Notes under the pieces: model-generated
Database searches by the model: none
Told to the model about the DNA's origin: nothing
The model's input: the letters and a program-made list of their open reading frames with translations, nothing else
Assembly: GCA_049840735.1 (NCBI GenBank)
Contig: JASGJN010000013.1
Coordinates: 224,001 to 288,000, forward strand
Reading direction: 5' to 3'
Origin: Anaeromyxobacter sp.
Lineage (GTDB): Bacteria; Myxococcota; Myxococcia; Myxococcales; Anaeromyxobacteraceae
DNA: 64,000 bases
Made by a program: the position numbers and the translations under genes
Shown: piece after piece, positions 23,854-35,391 of the stretch
Numbering within the stretch: the stretch's first letter is position 1
Layout of the letters: each line of letters begins with the position of its first letter

Positions 23854-25107
23854 ATGCCGACGGTGCAGGAGATGCTGCGCAGCGCCACGCCCGAGGAGCA
23901 GCTCCAGGAGGTCACCCGCGCCGCGGTGGACCTGCACGTGGAGAAGGACCTGCGGGCGCGGCTGGAGAAGGCCCACGCCACCGGCGTGCCGCTCCGGGTC
24001 AAGGCCGGCTTCGACCCCACCGCCCCCGACCTGCACCTGGGCCACACGGTGCTCCTCTCCCGCATGCGCCGGTTCCAGCAGTTCGGCCACCGGGTGATCT
24101 TCCTCATCGGCGACTTCACCGCGCTGATCGGCGACCCCACCGGCCGCAACAGCACCCGGCCGCCGCTCACGCCCGAGCAGATCGCCGCCAACGCCGAGAC
24201 CTACAAGCGCCAGGTCTTCAAGATCCTCGACCCGGAGCTGACCGAGGTCCGCTACAACTCCGAGTGGCTGGGGCAGATGGGCTTCGCCGACGTCATCCGC
24301 CTGGCCTCGCGCTACACCGTGGCGCGCATGCTGGAGCGCGACGACTTCAAGAAGCGCTACGGCGGCAACGTGCCCATCAGCGTGCACGAGTTCCTCTACC
24401 CCCTGGCGCAGGCCTACGACTCGGTGGCGCTCAAGGCGGACGTGGAGCTGGGCTCCTCGGATCAGCTCTTCAACCTGCTGGTGGGCCGGGCCATCATGCC
24501 GGACTACCAGCTGGCCCCGCAAATCGTGCTCACCGGCCCCATCCTCGAGGGGCTCGACGCGAAGAAGGACCCCGCCACCGGCCGGATCACCGGCAACAAG
24601 ATGTCCAAGTCGCTGGCCAACTACGTCGGCGTGGCCGAGGCGCCGGAGGAGCAGTTCGGCAAGCTCATGAGCGTCACCGACGACCTCATGTGGCGCTACT
24701 ACGACCTGCTCTCCGCCCGCTCCACCGCCGAGCTCCAGGCGCTCCAGGCCGGCCACCCCAAGGAGGCCAAGGTGGCGCTGGCGAAGGAGATCGTCACCCG
24801 CTTCCACGGCGCCGAGGCGGCCGCCCGCGCCGAGGAGCACTTCGCGCAGGTGCACGCCCGCCGCGAGGTGCCGGACGAGGTGGAGGAGCGCGCCGTGGCG
24901 CTGGGCGGCCAGGCCGCGCTGCCGCTGGCGAGGCTGCTGGCCGAGGCCAAGGTGGTGCAGAGCGGCAGCGAGGCCCGCCGGCTGATCGCGCAGGGCGGCG
25001 TCTCGGTGAACGGCGAGCGGGTCGGCGACGACAAGGCCACGCTCGGCGCCGGCGAGCACCTGGTCAAGGTGGGCAAGCGCCGCTTCGTGCGGTTCAAGAT
25101 CGGCTGA
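23854..25107 (+). CDS. tyrS: Tyrosine--tRNA ligase
   Basis: [13 protein letters not shown] (HIGH), KMSKS, C-terminal S4 domain. Confidence 0.97.
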   Translation: MPTVQEMLRSATPEEQLQEVTRAAVDLHVEKDLRARLEKAHATGVPLRVKAGFDPTAPDLHLGHTVLLSRMRRFQQFGHRVIFLIGDFTALIGDPTGRNSTRPPLTPEQIAANAETYKRQVFKILDPELTEVRYNSEWLGQMGFADVIRLASRYTVARMLERDDFKKRYGGNVPISVHEFLYPLAQAYDSVALKADVELGSSDQLFNLLVGRAIMPDYQLAPQIVLTGPILEGLDAKKDPATGRITGNKMSKSLANYVGVAEAPEEQFGKLMSVTDDLMWRYYDLLSARSTAELQALQAGHPKEAKVALAKEIVTRFHGAEAAARAEEHFAQVHARREVPDEVEERAVALGGQAALPLARLLAEAKVVQSGSEARRLIAQGGVSVNGERVGDDKATLGAGEHLVKVGKRRFVRFKIG

Positions 25108-25148
25108 CCGGCGGGCGCGCTCGCCCTTCGGCGGTCGGGGCCCCCGGC

Positions 25149-26378
25149 TCAGGCCGGTGCGCGCAGCTCGTAGAGCTGCCGCCAGCGCACCCGCACCTCG
25201 CCGCCCAGGCCGTACGGCTGGAGCTCGATCCGGTGGTGGTCGCTGCGACGCTGGACCAGGCGCGGCACGGCCCAGAGCTCGATGGGCAGGCCGGCGCCCT
25301 CGATCACCGCCCGCAGCAGGTGGTTCTGCGCGACCGGCTCGGTGCCCACCAGCAAGAGGCCGTTGGGCGCGAGCACCAGCGCCTTGTAGCGGCGCTGCGT
25401 CCCCCCGCTGAAGAGCGTCACGTCGAGATCGACGGGCCGCTCGCCGGCGGCCAGCGCGCTGTGCGGCGCGGTCACCCAGGTGCGCGGGACCACCTGGTCC
25501 ACCGAGGCCCCCTCGAACGCCGCGATGAAGGGCGGGATGCGCTCGATGACGCGCGCCACGGCCTGCTGCTCCTCGCGCCCGTCGAGCCCGGGCACGGTGG
25601 CGAGGTCGGTGGCGTCCACGCAGGGCGCGCGCGCCAGCAGGTCCACGATCTGGTCGCGAATCCTCACCACCTCCAGCAGGTCGGGGTTCTCGCAGCCCTG
25701 CGAGGTCTGGCCGTGGTGCAGCGCCACCACCTGGCGCACCAGCAGCGGGAGCGCCCAGCGGGACGCCAGCAGCACGCCCACCGGCACGTGCAGCCGCTCC
25801 ACCAGCGCCGCCCAGTCCTCCATGGGCAGGGCCGGGACGTCGGGCGCGGCGGCCAGGATGGACTCGATGCGCGTCACCGCCACCACCCGTCCGAAGTCGT
25901 GGAGGAGGCCGGCCACGAAGGCCGCCCCGTCGCGCCCCAGCCGCCGCAGCTTGGCCAGCTCCTGGCAGAGCACGGCGCCCGCCAGGCTCTCGATCCAGAT
26001 GGCGCGCTTGAGCGGCGCCAGCCCGCCCCCGTCCAGCGCCTGCGCCGAGAGCGCCGAGCTGAGCGTGATGCGGGTGATCTCGTCGGCGCCGATGCGGGTG
26101 ATGGCCTGCGTCAGGTCGCGGACCGGCACGCCGCGCGACACCAGCGCGGAGTTCGCGCAGCGCAGCACGTCCGCCGTCAGCGCCGCGTCCGAGCTGATGA
26201 CGCGGGCGATCTCGCGCAGCCCGGTGTCGTGGCTCGCCACCAGCCGCTGCACCCTCAGCGCCACGGCGGGAAAGGGTGGCACCGGGAGCGTCCCCTGCCC
26301 CGCCAGGCGCAGGAGCGTGCGCTCGATCTCCTGGACCTGGGGCGGCAGCGCTTCGGGAGGTCGCGGGGAGGTGGGCAT
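25149..26378 (-). CDS. HDOD domain protein with C-terminal PilZ-like extension
   Basis: PPFPAVALRV, ISSDAALTADVLRCANSA, AITRIG, AFVAGLLHDFG. The C-terminal domain assignment is tentative. Confidence 0.85.
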   Translation of the reverse strand: MPTSPRPPEALPPQVQEIERTLLRLAGQGTLPVPPFPAVALRVQRLVASHDTGLREIARVISSDAALTADVLRCANSALVSRGVPVRDLTQAITRIGADEITRITLSSALSAQALDGGGLAPLKRAIWIESLAGAVLCQELAKLRRLGRDGAAFVAGLLHDFGRVVAVTRIESILAAAPDVPALPMEDWAALVERLHVPVGVLLASRWALPLLVRQVVALHHGQTSQGCENPDLLEVVRIRDQIVDLLARAPCVDATDLATVPGLDGREEQQAVARVIERIPPFIAAFEGASVDQVVPRTWVTAPHSALAAGERPVDLDVTLFSGGTQRRYKALVLAPNGLLLVGTEPVAQNHLLRAVIEGAGLPIELWAVPRLVQRRSDHHRIELQPYGLGGEVRVRWRQLYELRAPA

Positions 26379-26467
26379 CGGTGAGGCGCCAGGCGCGCTG
26401 CAGATGTAACCGGGACGGGCTCAGCGCACGAGCCGCAGCCCCGCGAGCCTACCAGCTCGCCGGGCGG

Positions 26468-27485
26468 CTACCGCCGCTTCTTCCGGGCCGGCGCAGCCTT
26501 GCCAGCCCTCGCCGCAGGGCGGCGGGCGGGGGCCTTCCTGGCCGGACGGGCGGCGGCCTTGCCGGCCTTCGCCGCCGGCTTCGCGCGCTTCGCGGCCTTC
26601 GCGGTCCTGGCGCCCTTCACCGCCCGGGCCGGCCTGGCGCGGGACGCCGGCCTGGCGCGGGACGCCGGACGGGCGCGCGCCGGCGCCGGGGTGCGGGCGG
26701 GTGCGCTGGTCGCGACCTTGATCGGCGCCACCGGTGCAGCCGCCGGCCCCGGCGTGCGCCCTTGCGGCGCCGACGGCGTGAGCAGGAGCGGCAGCTCGAC
26801 CTGGACCGGCGCGCCCGGCGGGACGGAGCGCGCTGCGACCGGCTCGGCGCGAGGGGTGTCCTGGCCCTCGCCGCGAGTCACGCGCGGCGGGCGGTAGTGC
26901 TTGCCCAGCACGTACACCTCGAAGCTGTGCTCGCGCACGGCCTCCGGGCGGACGATGTGCACCTCCTGGAACTTGCCCTGCAGCTCCTTCTTCAGCGGCG
27001 GGAAGTCGCCGCCCATGAAGACCTTGGCGACGAAGCTGCCGCCGGCCGGGAGCGTCTGCTCGGCCACCGAGAGCGCCATGCGCACCAGCTCCAGCGAGCG
27101 GGCCTCGTCGGTCACCTTGATGCCGATGGTCTTCGGCGCCATGTCGCTGGTCACCAGCCGGAAGCGCCCGGGGTGCAGGGCGCGGATCTGCGCCAGCGCC
27201 TCCGGGGCCAGCAGGTCCACCACCGCGGTGCGCACCCAGGGCTTGCCCAGGTTGCGGATGGGCTCGAGGTCCACCCCCACCGCCACCCCGGTCTCCGCCG
27301 ACCGCTTCGGCCAGGACCTGCAGGAAGCCGCCCGGGGCGGCGCCCAGGTCGAGGACCGCGTCTCCCCGCCCCAGCAGCCGGTGCCGGCGGAGGATCTCGT
27401 CGATCTTGAAGGCGGAGCGGGCCCGCAGGCCCTGCTTCTTGGCCTTGCGGTAGTAGAAATCCTTCGGGTCGTAGGGCTTGGCCAT
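26468..27485 (-). CDS. rlmE: 23S rRNA Um2552 methyltransferase RlmE/FtsJ with Ala/Arg/Lys-rich tail (frameshift near 27300)
   Basis: DFYYRKAKKQGLRARSAFKI.EI, VLDLGAAPGG; in the shifted frame VGVDL, SDMAPKT.G, FVAKVF, RPEAVR..SFEVY. Confidence 0.88.
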
Positions 27486-27563
27486 GTGGGATCCGGGAGG
27501 TTCATTGCCCCCGATGGGCGCCGATGGGTATCCTGCGGACGCCGCTGATCCGTCAAGGAGCCG

Positions 27564-27947
27564 ATGTCCCGAGCCAAGGTCGCCCTGCTCTGTCTCCCCC
27601 TCGCCCTCGCCGGCGTGGGCCTGGCCATCCACGCCAGCTACCGCATCGCCGGGGGGAAGCAGGAGCTGCAGAGCCTGGCCCTGGCCGCCAGCGCCGAGGG
27701 GCGGTCCTTCGAGGACACGCTGCGGGGTGAGCACGCCGAGCGACAGCGGCTGGCGTTCGACCGCCGGCGTGCCCTGGTGCTGGAGCTGGCGGCGGCCCGG
27801 CGGGACCAGCTCCTGGGCGTGGTCCTGACCCTGGCCTCCGGCCTGGCCTACGCCGGCCTCTCCATCCTGGCCCGCATCTCGGCCGAGGTGGAGGAGGACC
27901 GGCGGCACGTGGCCGAATCGGGCGCAGGCGCCCGCCGGCATAACTGA
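27564..27947 (+). CDS. Hypothetical membrane protein
   Basis: Two hydrophobic segments, AAGGAG RBS, host-like codon use. Confidence 0.65.
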   Translation: MSRAKVALLCLPLALAGVGLAIHASYRIAGGKQELQSLALAASAEGRSFEDTLRGEHAERQRLAFDRRRALVLELAAARRDQLLGVVLTLASGLAYAGLSILARISAEVEEDRRHVAESGAGARRHN

Positions 27948-28021
27948 AAAAACGTTTGCGTTACGGGCTTGAAGGTGCGACGGACCCCCGCCTTGACGGG
28001 GCCCGCCCGGGGATAGGATAA

Positions 28022-28255
<234 letters not shown>

Positions 28256-28410
28256 GCACCGCCCGCACCTGCTGGCTTCAACGGGAGGGCAGCGCCCGGT
28301 CGGCGCTGCTCTTCTTGCATCCAGGCCCTACCGGGCTACCCTGCCACCCCCGGTTCCGGTAGCATCCCCGCCCGTCTGGCGCCCTGGGCGCCGCACAGGA
28401 GACCTCCACG

Positions 28411-28713
28411 ATGGCCACCACGATCACCGACGAGTGCATCAACTGCGGCGCCTGCGAGCCGGAGTGCCCGAACAGCGCCATCAGCCAGGGGGAGGACATC
28501 TACGTCATCAACCCCGACCTCTGCACCGAGTGCGTCGGCTTCCACGACGAGGAGGCCTGCGCCGCGGTCTGCCCGGTGGACTGCTGCGTGCCGGACCCGA
28601 AGCGCCCGGAGTCGGAGGAGGCCAACTACGCCAAGCTGGCCCGCATCCACGCCGACAAGCAGTTCCCGCCGCTGGCGGACCTGCCGGCCGCGCTCTCCCG
28701 GTACCGGAAGTGA
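28411..28713 (+). CDS. 2[4Fe-4S] ferredoxin (YfhL/Alvin-type with C-terminal helix)
   Basis: [38 protein letters not shown]...K helix. Confidence 0.93.
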   Translation: MATTITDECINCGACEPECPNSAISQGEDIYVINPDLCTECVGFHDEEACAAVCPVDCCVPDPKRPESEEANYAKLARIHADKQFPPLADLPAALSRYRK

Positions 28714-28840
28714 CCTGAGCGGCCCGCCTCACCGGGCCCAGGCGGCGCCGCCGCCCCGCTGACCTCCCGACGCCCCGCGTGCCCGTGCGGCCCGCGGGGC
28801 GTCGCACTTATATGGGCCGGGTTCTCTTCCCGGGGGTGCC

Positions 28841-30492
28841 ATGGAGACGTTCACCGGCGGTCGGCTGGTCGCGCGGATGCTGCGGAAGGAGGGCGTCACC
28901 ACCGTCTTCACGCTCTCCGGGCTGCACGTGGCCCCCATCTACGCCGGCTGCGTGGACGAGGGCATCCGGCTCATCGACACCCGCCACGAGCAGGCCGCGG
29001 CCCACGCCGCCGACGCCTGGGCGCGCCTCACGCGCGGCGTGGGCGTGGCGGTGGTGACCGCCGGGCCGGGCGTCACCGACGCCGTCACCGGCGTGGCCAA
29101 CGCCTGGGCCGCCAACGTGCCGCTGGTGCTGCTGGGCGGGGCCGCGCCGACCTTCAACCAGGGGCGCGGCTCGCTGCAGGAGATGCCGCAGACGCAGCTC
29201 TTCGCGGGCATCACCAAGTGGTCCGACCGCGTCCCCTCCCCCGAGCTCGTGCCCAGCTTCCTGGCCAAGGCCTTCCGCGTGGCGCGGGCCGGCCGGCCCG
29301 GGCCGGTCTTCCTGGAGCTGCCCTGGGACGTGCTCTCCAACGGCGCCGACGAGGCGCTGGCCGAGGCGCAGGAGCGCTACCGCACCGAGGCCCGCTCGCC
29401 GGGCGATCCGGCGCAGCTGGAGGAGGCGCTGAAGCTCCTCGGCGGCGCCGAGCGGCCGGTGCTGCTGGGCGGCTCGTCGATTTGGTGGGACGGCGCGGTG
29501 GAGGCGCTCTCGGGCCTGGCCGAGCGCACCGGGCTGCCGGTCTACCTGAACGGCATGGGGCGCGGCTGCCTCCCGCCGGATCACCCAGCTTCTTCCAGGG
29601 CTCGCGCAAGGAGGCGCTGGCGCAGGCCGACGTGGTGCTGGTGGTGGGCACCCCGCTCGACTTCCGCGTGGGCTACGGCACCGAGCCCACCTTCGCGCCC
29701 GGCGCGCGGGTCATCCAGGTGGACATCGACGCGGCGGAGATCGGGCGCAACCGGCCCATCGACGTGGGCATCGTGGGCGACGCCCGCAGCGTGCTCTCCA
29801 CGCTCGGCTCGGGCGCACGCCTCTCCGGCGCCGCCGCGGGCTGGCGGGCCTTCCTGCGGGAGAAGGAGCGCGAGCGCGCGGAGCGGCAGCGGGCCTTCGA
29901 GGAGAGCGACCAGCGCCCCATCCACCACTTCCGGCTGGCGAAGGCGCTCGACACCGTGGCCTCGCGCGCCGGCGACGTGACCTACGTCGGCGACGGCGGC
30001 AACGTGGTGGCGGTGGCGGCCAAGGTGCTCAAGGTGCAGAAGCCCGGCCGCTGGCTCGACCCCGGACCGCTCGGCTGCCTCGGCGTGGGCGCGCCCTTCG
30101 CGCTGGCGGCGAAGCTGCTCGCCCCCGAGCGGCCGGTGTGCGTGATCCAGGGCGACGGCGCGTTCGGCCTGAACGGCATGGACTTCGAGACGGCCGTCCG
30201 CTTCAAGCTGCCGATGGTGGTGGTGGTGGGGAACGACGCCGCCTGGGGGCAGATCCTCATCCCGCAGCGCGGCCTGTACGGCGAGGACCACGCGGTGGCC
30301 ACCAAGCTCTCGCCCACCCGGTACGACCGCGTGGTGGAGGCGCTGGGCGGCCAGGGGGAGCACGTGGAGGACCCGGCCGACCTGGTCCCCGCGCTGGAGC
30401 GCGCCTTCGCGTCCGGCACCGTGTACTGCGTCGACGTGGCCATCGACCCCGAGGCCGCTGCGACCTCCGGGGCGGCGGGTTACGCGATATAA
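28841..30492 (+). CDS. Thiamine pyrophosphate-dependent enzyme (ALS/2-hydroxyacyl-CoA lyase family; frameshift near 29590)
   Basis: TRHEQAAAHAADA, VTAGPG, RPGPVFLELP; DPGPLGCLGVG and GDGAFG...NDAAWG in the shifted frame. Confidence 0.9.
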
Positions 30493-30508
30493 GGCGCCGG
30501 CACGGGGC

Positions 30509-30606
30509 CCCGTTCGCGGTGAGCTTGTCGAACCGCGAGCGGGACGTCTCCGGCCCCGTTCGCCCTGAGCCCTTCGACAAGCTCAGGGCAGGCGAAGTCG
30601 AAGGGC
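30509..30606. repeat. Two palindromic intergenic repeats (copies 2 and 3)
   Basis: CCCGTTCGCGGTGAGCTTGTCGAACCGCGAGCGGG (30509-30543) and CCGTTCGCCCTGAGCCCTTCGACAAGCTCAGGGCAGGCGAAGTCGAAGGGC (30556-30606). Confidence 0.75.
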
Positions 30607-30616
30607 AGAGGAAGAC

Positions 30617-31177
30617 ATGTTCGGACCCAAGGTGAAGCTCGACCCCTCCCGCGCCGCGATCCTGGTGGTGGACGTCCAGGAGCGCCTCACCCCCGCCATG
30701 CCGCCGGACGCGCTGGCGCGCTTGGTGAAGTACACCAGGGCCCTGGTCGGCTGCGCCCGCGAGCTCTCGCTCCCGGTGCTCGCCACCGAGCAGTATCCCA
30801 AGGGGCTCGGCGCCACGGTGCCCGAGCTGCGCGAGCTGCTGGCCGGCGCGCCGCTCCAGAAGTTGCACTTCTCCTGCGGCGCCGACGCGGGCTTCCTGGC
30901 GGCGCTGGAGGCCACCGGGCGGCGGCAGGTGATCCTGGCCGGGATGGAGACGCACGTCTGCGTCTTCCAGACCGCGCGCGACCTGGCCGGCCTGGGCTAC
31001 GAGGTGCACGTCTGCGCCGACGCCGTCACCAGCCGGACCGAGGAGCACCGCCGGGTGGGGCTCGAGCTGTGCCGCGAGGCCGGGGCGGTGATCACCACCG
31101 CCGAGACCGCCATCTTCGACCTGCTGCACCTGGCCGGCACCCCCGCGTTCAAGAAGGTGGCTCCGCTGGTGCGGTGA
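30617..31177 (+). CDS. Isochorismatase-family hydrolase
   Basis: LVVDVQERL, TEQYPKGLGATV, K.HFSC, GMETHVCVFQTA. Confidence 0.92.
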   Translation: MFGPKVKLDPSRAAILVVDVQERLTPAMPPDALARLVKYTRALVGCARELSLPVLATEQYPKGLGATVPELRELLAGAPLQKLHFSCGADAGFLAALEATGRRQVILAGMETHVCVFQTARDLAGLGYEVHVCADAVTSRTEEHRRVGLELCREAGAVITTAETAIFDLLHLAGTPAFKKVAPLVR

Positions 31178-31481
31178 CCGGAGCGCTGGGAGGGAGCGCC
31201 ATGCCCGACCTCGCCGCCGCCCCGGCCTCGCCGGCCGCGGTGGGCGCGCTGGCGCCGGCGCGCTCGCTGTTCGCGCGCGCGGCCGGGGGCCCCGGCGAGA
31301 CCTCGCGCTCCAGGTCGCGCAGCCCCTCGGTGAGCTCCGCCTGCACGCCGCGGGAGACCTCGCGCACCTGGCGCAGGATCGCGCCCGCCTTGCGCAGGCC
31401 GGTCGTCAGCTGGTCCGGACCGAGCAGCACCAGCGCGAGCACCGCGATGATGACCAGCTCGCCGGCGCCGATCCCGAACAC
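31149..31481 (-). CDS. Twin-arginine translocase TatB/TatA-like subunit
   Basis: MFGIGAGELVIIAVLALVLLGPDQL, followed by an amphipathic helix. Confidence 0.8.
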   Translation of the reverse strand: MFGIGAGELVIIAVLALVLLGPDQLTTGLRKAGAILRQVREVSRGVQAELTEGLRDLEREVSPGPPAARANSERAGASAPTAAGEAGAAARSGMALPPSAPVTAPAEPPS

Positions 31482-31493
31482 CGCGCCCTCCTC

Positions 31494-32705
31494 TCAGCTC
31501 CGGGCCGCGCCGCGGCCCGCCGCTCGCCCGTCGCGCCGCCGCGGCGGCCGGGGCGGCTCGAGCGCCACCTCCTCGACCACCTCCAGGCCATGGCCGCCCA
31601 GGGCCACCACCCGCCGGCCCCTCGAGGCGCGCGTGAGCAGCCGCATGCGCCGCACGCCCAGCGCGCGGAGGATCTGCGCGCCCAGCCCGTACTCGCGCAG
31701 GTCGGCGTCGAGCGGGCGGCGGCCGCGGGGCCCGGGGCTCCCGGGCGCGCCCGGCGCGTGGCAGGCCAGCCCGCTTCCCTGCCCGGCGCCGGCGTCGAGA
31801 TAGAGGAGTACGCCCTTGCCCGCGGCCTCGATGCGCCGCAGCGACGCGTCCAGCGCCTCGGCGCAGCCGCAGCGCCGTCCGCCGAACACGTCGCCCAGGA
31901 AGCAGCGCCGGTGCACGCGGACCAGCACCGGCTCGTCGGCGCGCCAGCGGCCCTTGACCAGCGCCACGTGCTCGCCGGCGTCGAGCTCGCTCTCGAAGGC
32001 GACCGCCCGGAACGTCCCGGCCACGGTGGGCAGCTCCACCTCCGCGGCCGGCCGGACCAGGGGCTCCCGCTCCAGCCGGTAGGCGATGAGGTCGGCCACC
32101 GAGAGCAGGACCAGGTCGTGCTCGCGCGCCAGCACCTCCAGCTCCGGCCGCCGCGCCATGGTGCCGTCGGCGTTCATCACCTCGCAGATCACGCCGGCCG
32201 GCGCGAGCCCGGCCAGCCGGGCCAGGTCCACCGAGCCCTCGGTCTGCCCGGCGCGGACCAGCACGCCGCCGGCCCGGGCCCGCAGCGGGAAGACGTGGCC
32301 GGGGCGGGCCAGCTCGTCCGGGCGGCAGCCGGCGCGGACCGCGGTCCGGATGGTGTGGGCCCGGTCGGCGGCGCTGATGCCGGTGGAGACGCCCTCCCGC
32401 GCCTCGATGGAGACGGTGAAGGCGGTGCCGAAGCCGGAGCCATTGGCCGCCTCGGCCACCATCAGCGGCAGCTGGAGCGCCTGGACCTTCTCCTCGGTCA
32501 GCGAGAGGCAGATGAGCCCCCGCCCGACGCGGGCCATGAAGGCGATGGCCTCGGGCGTCACCATCTCGGCCGCCAGCGTGAGGTCGCCCTCGTTCTCGCG
32601 GTCCGCGTCATCGGTGAGGATCACCATCCGGCCCTCGCGGATGGCGGCCAGCGCGGCCTCGACCCGGCGCGCGGACTCGCTGCGGCTGGCGGCCAAGGCG
32701 CTCAC
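31494..32705 (-). CDS. ribBA: 3,4-dihydroxy-2-butanone-4-phosphate synthase fused to a divergent GTP cyclohydrolase II domain
   Basis: [50 protein letters not shown]-terminal HRRC..GDVFG..RCGC and [10 protein letters not shown]. Confidence 0.9.
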   Translation of the reverse strand: MSALAASRSESARRVEAALAAIREGRMVILTDDADRENEGDLTLAAEMVTPEAIAFMARVGRGLICLSLTEEKVQALQLPLMVAEAANGSGFGTAFTVSIEAREGVSTGISAADRAHTIRTAVRAGCRPDELARPGHVFPLRARAGGVLVRAGQTEGSVDLARLAGLAPAGVICEVMNADGTMARRPELEVLAREHDLVLLSVADLIAYRLEREPLVRPAAEVELPTVAGTFRAVAFESELDAGEHVALVKGRWRADEPVLVRVHRRCFLGDVFGGRRCGCAEALDASLRRIEAAGKGVLLYLDAGAGQGSGLACHAPGAPGSPGPRGRRPLDADLREYGLGAQILRALGVRRMRLLTRASRGRRVVALGGHGLEVVEEVALEPPRPPRRRDGRAAGRGAARS

Positions 32706-32890
32706 GCGTCCTTCTGGGCCGCGGGGGCCGCCGGGCTGGCCGGCGCCGGCTCCTCGCCCGACATGGCCTTCTTGAAGCTCCGGATCCCGTTGCCGAGCCC
32801 GGCGCCGAGCGCCGGCAGCTTCTTGGCGCCGAAGAGGAGCACGCAGAGGGCGAGGACCAGCAACAGCTCCGGCATCCTGAGTCCGAACAT
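32702..32890 (-). CDS. tatA: Twin-arginine translocase TatA/E subunit
   Basis: [43 protein letters not shown]. Confidence 0.9.
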   Translation of the reverse strand: MFGLRMPELLLVLALCVLLFGAKKLPALGAGLGNGIRSFKKAMSGEEPAPASPAAPAAQKDA

Positions 32891-32940
32891 GGAGTCCTTT
32901 CCAGGCCGGCGGGATGGCCGGCGCAGCGAGCGCAGCCGTT

Positions 32941-33465
32941 TCAGGAGGCGTGCCAGCCCACCCTCGGTGCGGGCGCCGGTGGCGGCGCGCGTCCCACCCC
33001 CTGCGCCGCCGCCGACATGCCCCGCAGCCACTCGAGGTTGAGCGCGTCGCACGCGTCCAGGAGGACGCCCTCGATCACCTCGATCCCGGCGGCGCGCAGG
33101 CGGGCCACGCCGCGGCCGTCCACCAGCGGGTTGGGGTCGCGCGAGCCGCAGAAGACGCGCCGGACGCCGGCCCGCAGGACCGCGAGCGAGCAGGGCGGGG
33201 TCCGACCCTGGTGGTCGCACGGCTCCAGCGTGACGTAGAGGTCCGCCCCGCGGGCCGCCCCGCCGGCCGCCGCCAGCGCCACCGGCTCGGCGTGGGGCGC
33301 GCCGGCGAAGGCGTGGTGGCCGACCGCCACCACCTGCCCTGCCGCCACGACCACCGCGCCGACCGCGGGGTTGGGCGCGGTCCGGCCCAGCCCCTTGCCC
33401 GCCTCGAGGATGGCGAGCCGCATGAAGCGCTCGTCGGCGGGCGACGGCAGTCGAGGTGGGCTCAC
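32941..33465 (-). CDS. RibD-like deaminase domain only
   Basis: [36 protein letters not shown]. Ends before any reductase domain. Confidence 0.8.
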   Translation of the reverse strand: MSPPRLPSPADERFMRLAILEAGKGLGRTAPNPAVGAVVVAAGQVVAVGHHAFAGAPHAEPVALAAAGGAARGADLYVTLEPCDHQGRTPPCSLAVLRAGVRRVFCGSRDPNPLVDGRGVARLRAAGIEVIEGVLLDACDALNLEWLRGMSAAAQGVGRAPPPAPAPRVGWHAS

Positions 33466-33683
33466 GGCGGACGTCCTCTCTCCGCGCCAGGGCGGCGAGG
33501 CGCTCCGGGTTCAGGGTCCGTGCCACGCGCGCCCGGCGCGCGGGCAGGCGGAGCGCCGCCGCTCCCACCTGCCGGATCGGGCGACACCTGCCGGCACCGC
33601 GGGCAGGTAGTCCTGCCGGGGCACCACACAGGCCGGGCAGGGCTGGCCCGTGGGACCGCCGCAGCGGCGCGGGCCTGGCGCGT

Positions 33684-33699
33684 TGGCATGGCCGATGTA
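33684..33699 (+). promoter_or_regulatory. Putative sigma-54 (-24/-12) promoter of the flavoprotein operon
   Basis: TGGCATG-GCCG-ATGTA, about 85 nt upstream of the ATG (GT rather than GC at -12). A sigma-54 activator is encoded downstream. Confidence 0.45.
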
Positions 33700-33781
33700 G
33701 CGCAGCCCCGCGTCGCGCGGCGCACGGCCCGCCGGCACCTGGACCCGCCGTGCCGGATCCGCATCGAAGCGAGGGCACCTC

Positions 33782-35314
33782 ATGACCACGAACAACCATT
33801 CGCGCCGCAGCTTCCTGCGTGGCGCAGCCGCAGTCGCCGCGGGCGCCAGCGTCCTGTCCGGCTGCGGGTCGGACAGCAGCTCCTCCAGCGACAAGTTCTG
33901 GCTTCCCAAGAAGTGGGACGCCGACGTCGACGCCGTGGTGGTCGGCTTCGGCGCCGCCGGCGCCGCCGCCGCGTACTTCGCCGCCAAGGCAGGCGCGTCG
34001 GTGCTGGTGCTCGACCGCAGCGAGGCCGGCGGCGGCGACACCGCCATCTCGGGCGGCTTCGTGTTCTTCGGCGGCGGCACCACGCTGCAGGCCGCGGCCG
34101 GCGTCTCCGAGACGCCCGGCGAGATGTACGCCACCATCCGCGCCATGGGCGGCGACTCGGCCGACCCCGAGCTGCAGCAGCTCTGGTGCGAGCGGAACAA
34201 GGAGCTCTACGCGTTCCTCACCGACGTGTGCGGCGAGTCCTGGGCCCCGGCCGACATGATCTTCACCGGCAACGAGTACCACGGCCTGTTCGCCGACGTG
34301 GCGCCGGGCGGCACGCCGGTGAAGCACGGCCTGCTCGACTCCGGCGGCGGCGCCGGCCTCTTCGCCAAGATCTCCGCCGCGGTGCTGGCCACCTCCGGCG
34401 TGACCTTCCAGGGCCTGACCAAGGTCACCGGCCTGGTCCAGGATCCGGAGACTGGCCGCGTGCTGGGCGTCTCCACCGTCGCCGTGGACGACGACGGCAA
34501 CGCGGTGGACGGGGCGGCGGTCCGGTACGTGAAGGCGCGCAAGGGCGTCGTCATCGCCACCGGCGCCTTCGGCAAGGACCCGGCCATGATGGCCCGCCAC
34601 AGCACCGACCTGGCGCGCCTCACCCACGTCGAGAACGCGTACGCCGACGGCTCCGGCCACCACCTCGGGCAGTCGGTGGGCGGCGACCTCCGCCAGATGA
34701 AGAACTTCTGGGCGTACAACCTCCGCGCCGGCACCCCGCAGTTCATGAAGTCGTTGCTGATCAACTCCGCCGGCTACCGGTTCGCCCCCGAGGACACGAA
34801 CCCCTACTACATCGGCTACCAGCTGGTCCGGTTCCACCAGGTGGGCTTCGCGATCGCCGACGCCTCGGTCTACCCGTCGGCGCCCCAGGGCGCCTACAGC
34901 GGCGCGACCATCGAGGACCTGGTGGCCGCCATCAACGCCGGCGAGGGCACCAGCCTCCCGGCCGCGGTGGTGAAGGCGACGGTCGACGGCTACAACGCCC
35001 TCGCCGAGGACGGCGTGGACCCGGTCTTCAAGAAGGCGGCGGACCACCTCGTCCCGCTCACCACCGGGCCGTTCTACGCCGTGAAGATCGCCTCCACCGA
35101 CGCCATCGGCACCACCACGGGCGGCCTGCGGATCAACACCAAGGCCCAGCTGCTCGACACGAACGGCGCGGTGATCCCCAACGTCTACGCGGCCGGCACC
35201 TGCGCCGGCGGCGCGCCGTCGGAGAACTACACCGGCTCCGGCACCGCCATCTCGAGCTGCCTCACGTTCGGCAAGATCGCCGCCGAGAACCTGACCGCCG
35301 AGACCGCCTGGTAG
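33782..35314 (+). CDS. Tat-exported lipoprotein FAD-dependent oxidoreductase (FAD_binding_2; flavocytochrome-c/ketosteroid dehydrogenase-like)
   Basis: SRRSFL twin-arginine plus LSGC lipobox; [44 protein letters not shown]. Confidence 0.88.
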   Translation: MTTNNHSRRSFLRGAAAVAAGASVLSGCGSDSSSSSDKFWLPKKWDADVDAVVVGFGAAGAAAAYFAAKAGASVLVLDRSEAGGGDTAISGGFVFFGGGTTLQAAAGVSETPGEMYATIRAMGGDSADPELQQLWCERNKELYAFLTDVCGESWAPADMIFTGNEYHGLFADVAPGGTPVKHGLLDSGGGAGLFAKISAAVLATSGVTFQGLTKVTGLVQDPETGRVLGVSTVAVDDDGNAVDGAAVRYVKARKGVVIATGAFGKDPAMMARHSTDLARLTHVENAYADGSGHHLGQSVGGDLRQMKNFWAYNLRAGTPQFMKSLLINSAGYRFAPEDTNPYYIGYQLVRFHQVGFAIADASVYPSAPQGAYSGATIEDLVAAINAGEGTSLPAAVVKATVDGYNALAEDGVDPVFKKAADHLVPLTTGPFYAVKIASTDAIGTTTGGLRINTKAQLLDTNGAVIPNVYAAGTCAGGAPSENYTGSGTAISSCLTFGKIAAENLTAETAW

Positions 35315-35391
35315 TCCACCGCCGGCCCGCTCCCCCCGCCCGCGTGGCTGGGGGAGCGGGCCAGCGCCCTCGCTCCACGAGAGAACACGAC

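Noticed and set aside
27993..28019. Sigma-70 promoter for the ferredoxins (TTGACG...TAGGAT)
   Set aside because: The spacer is only 15 nt; not supportable.
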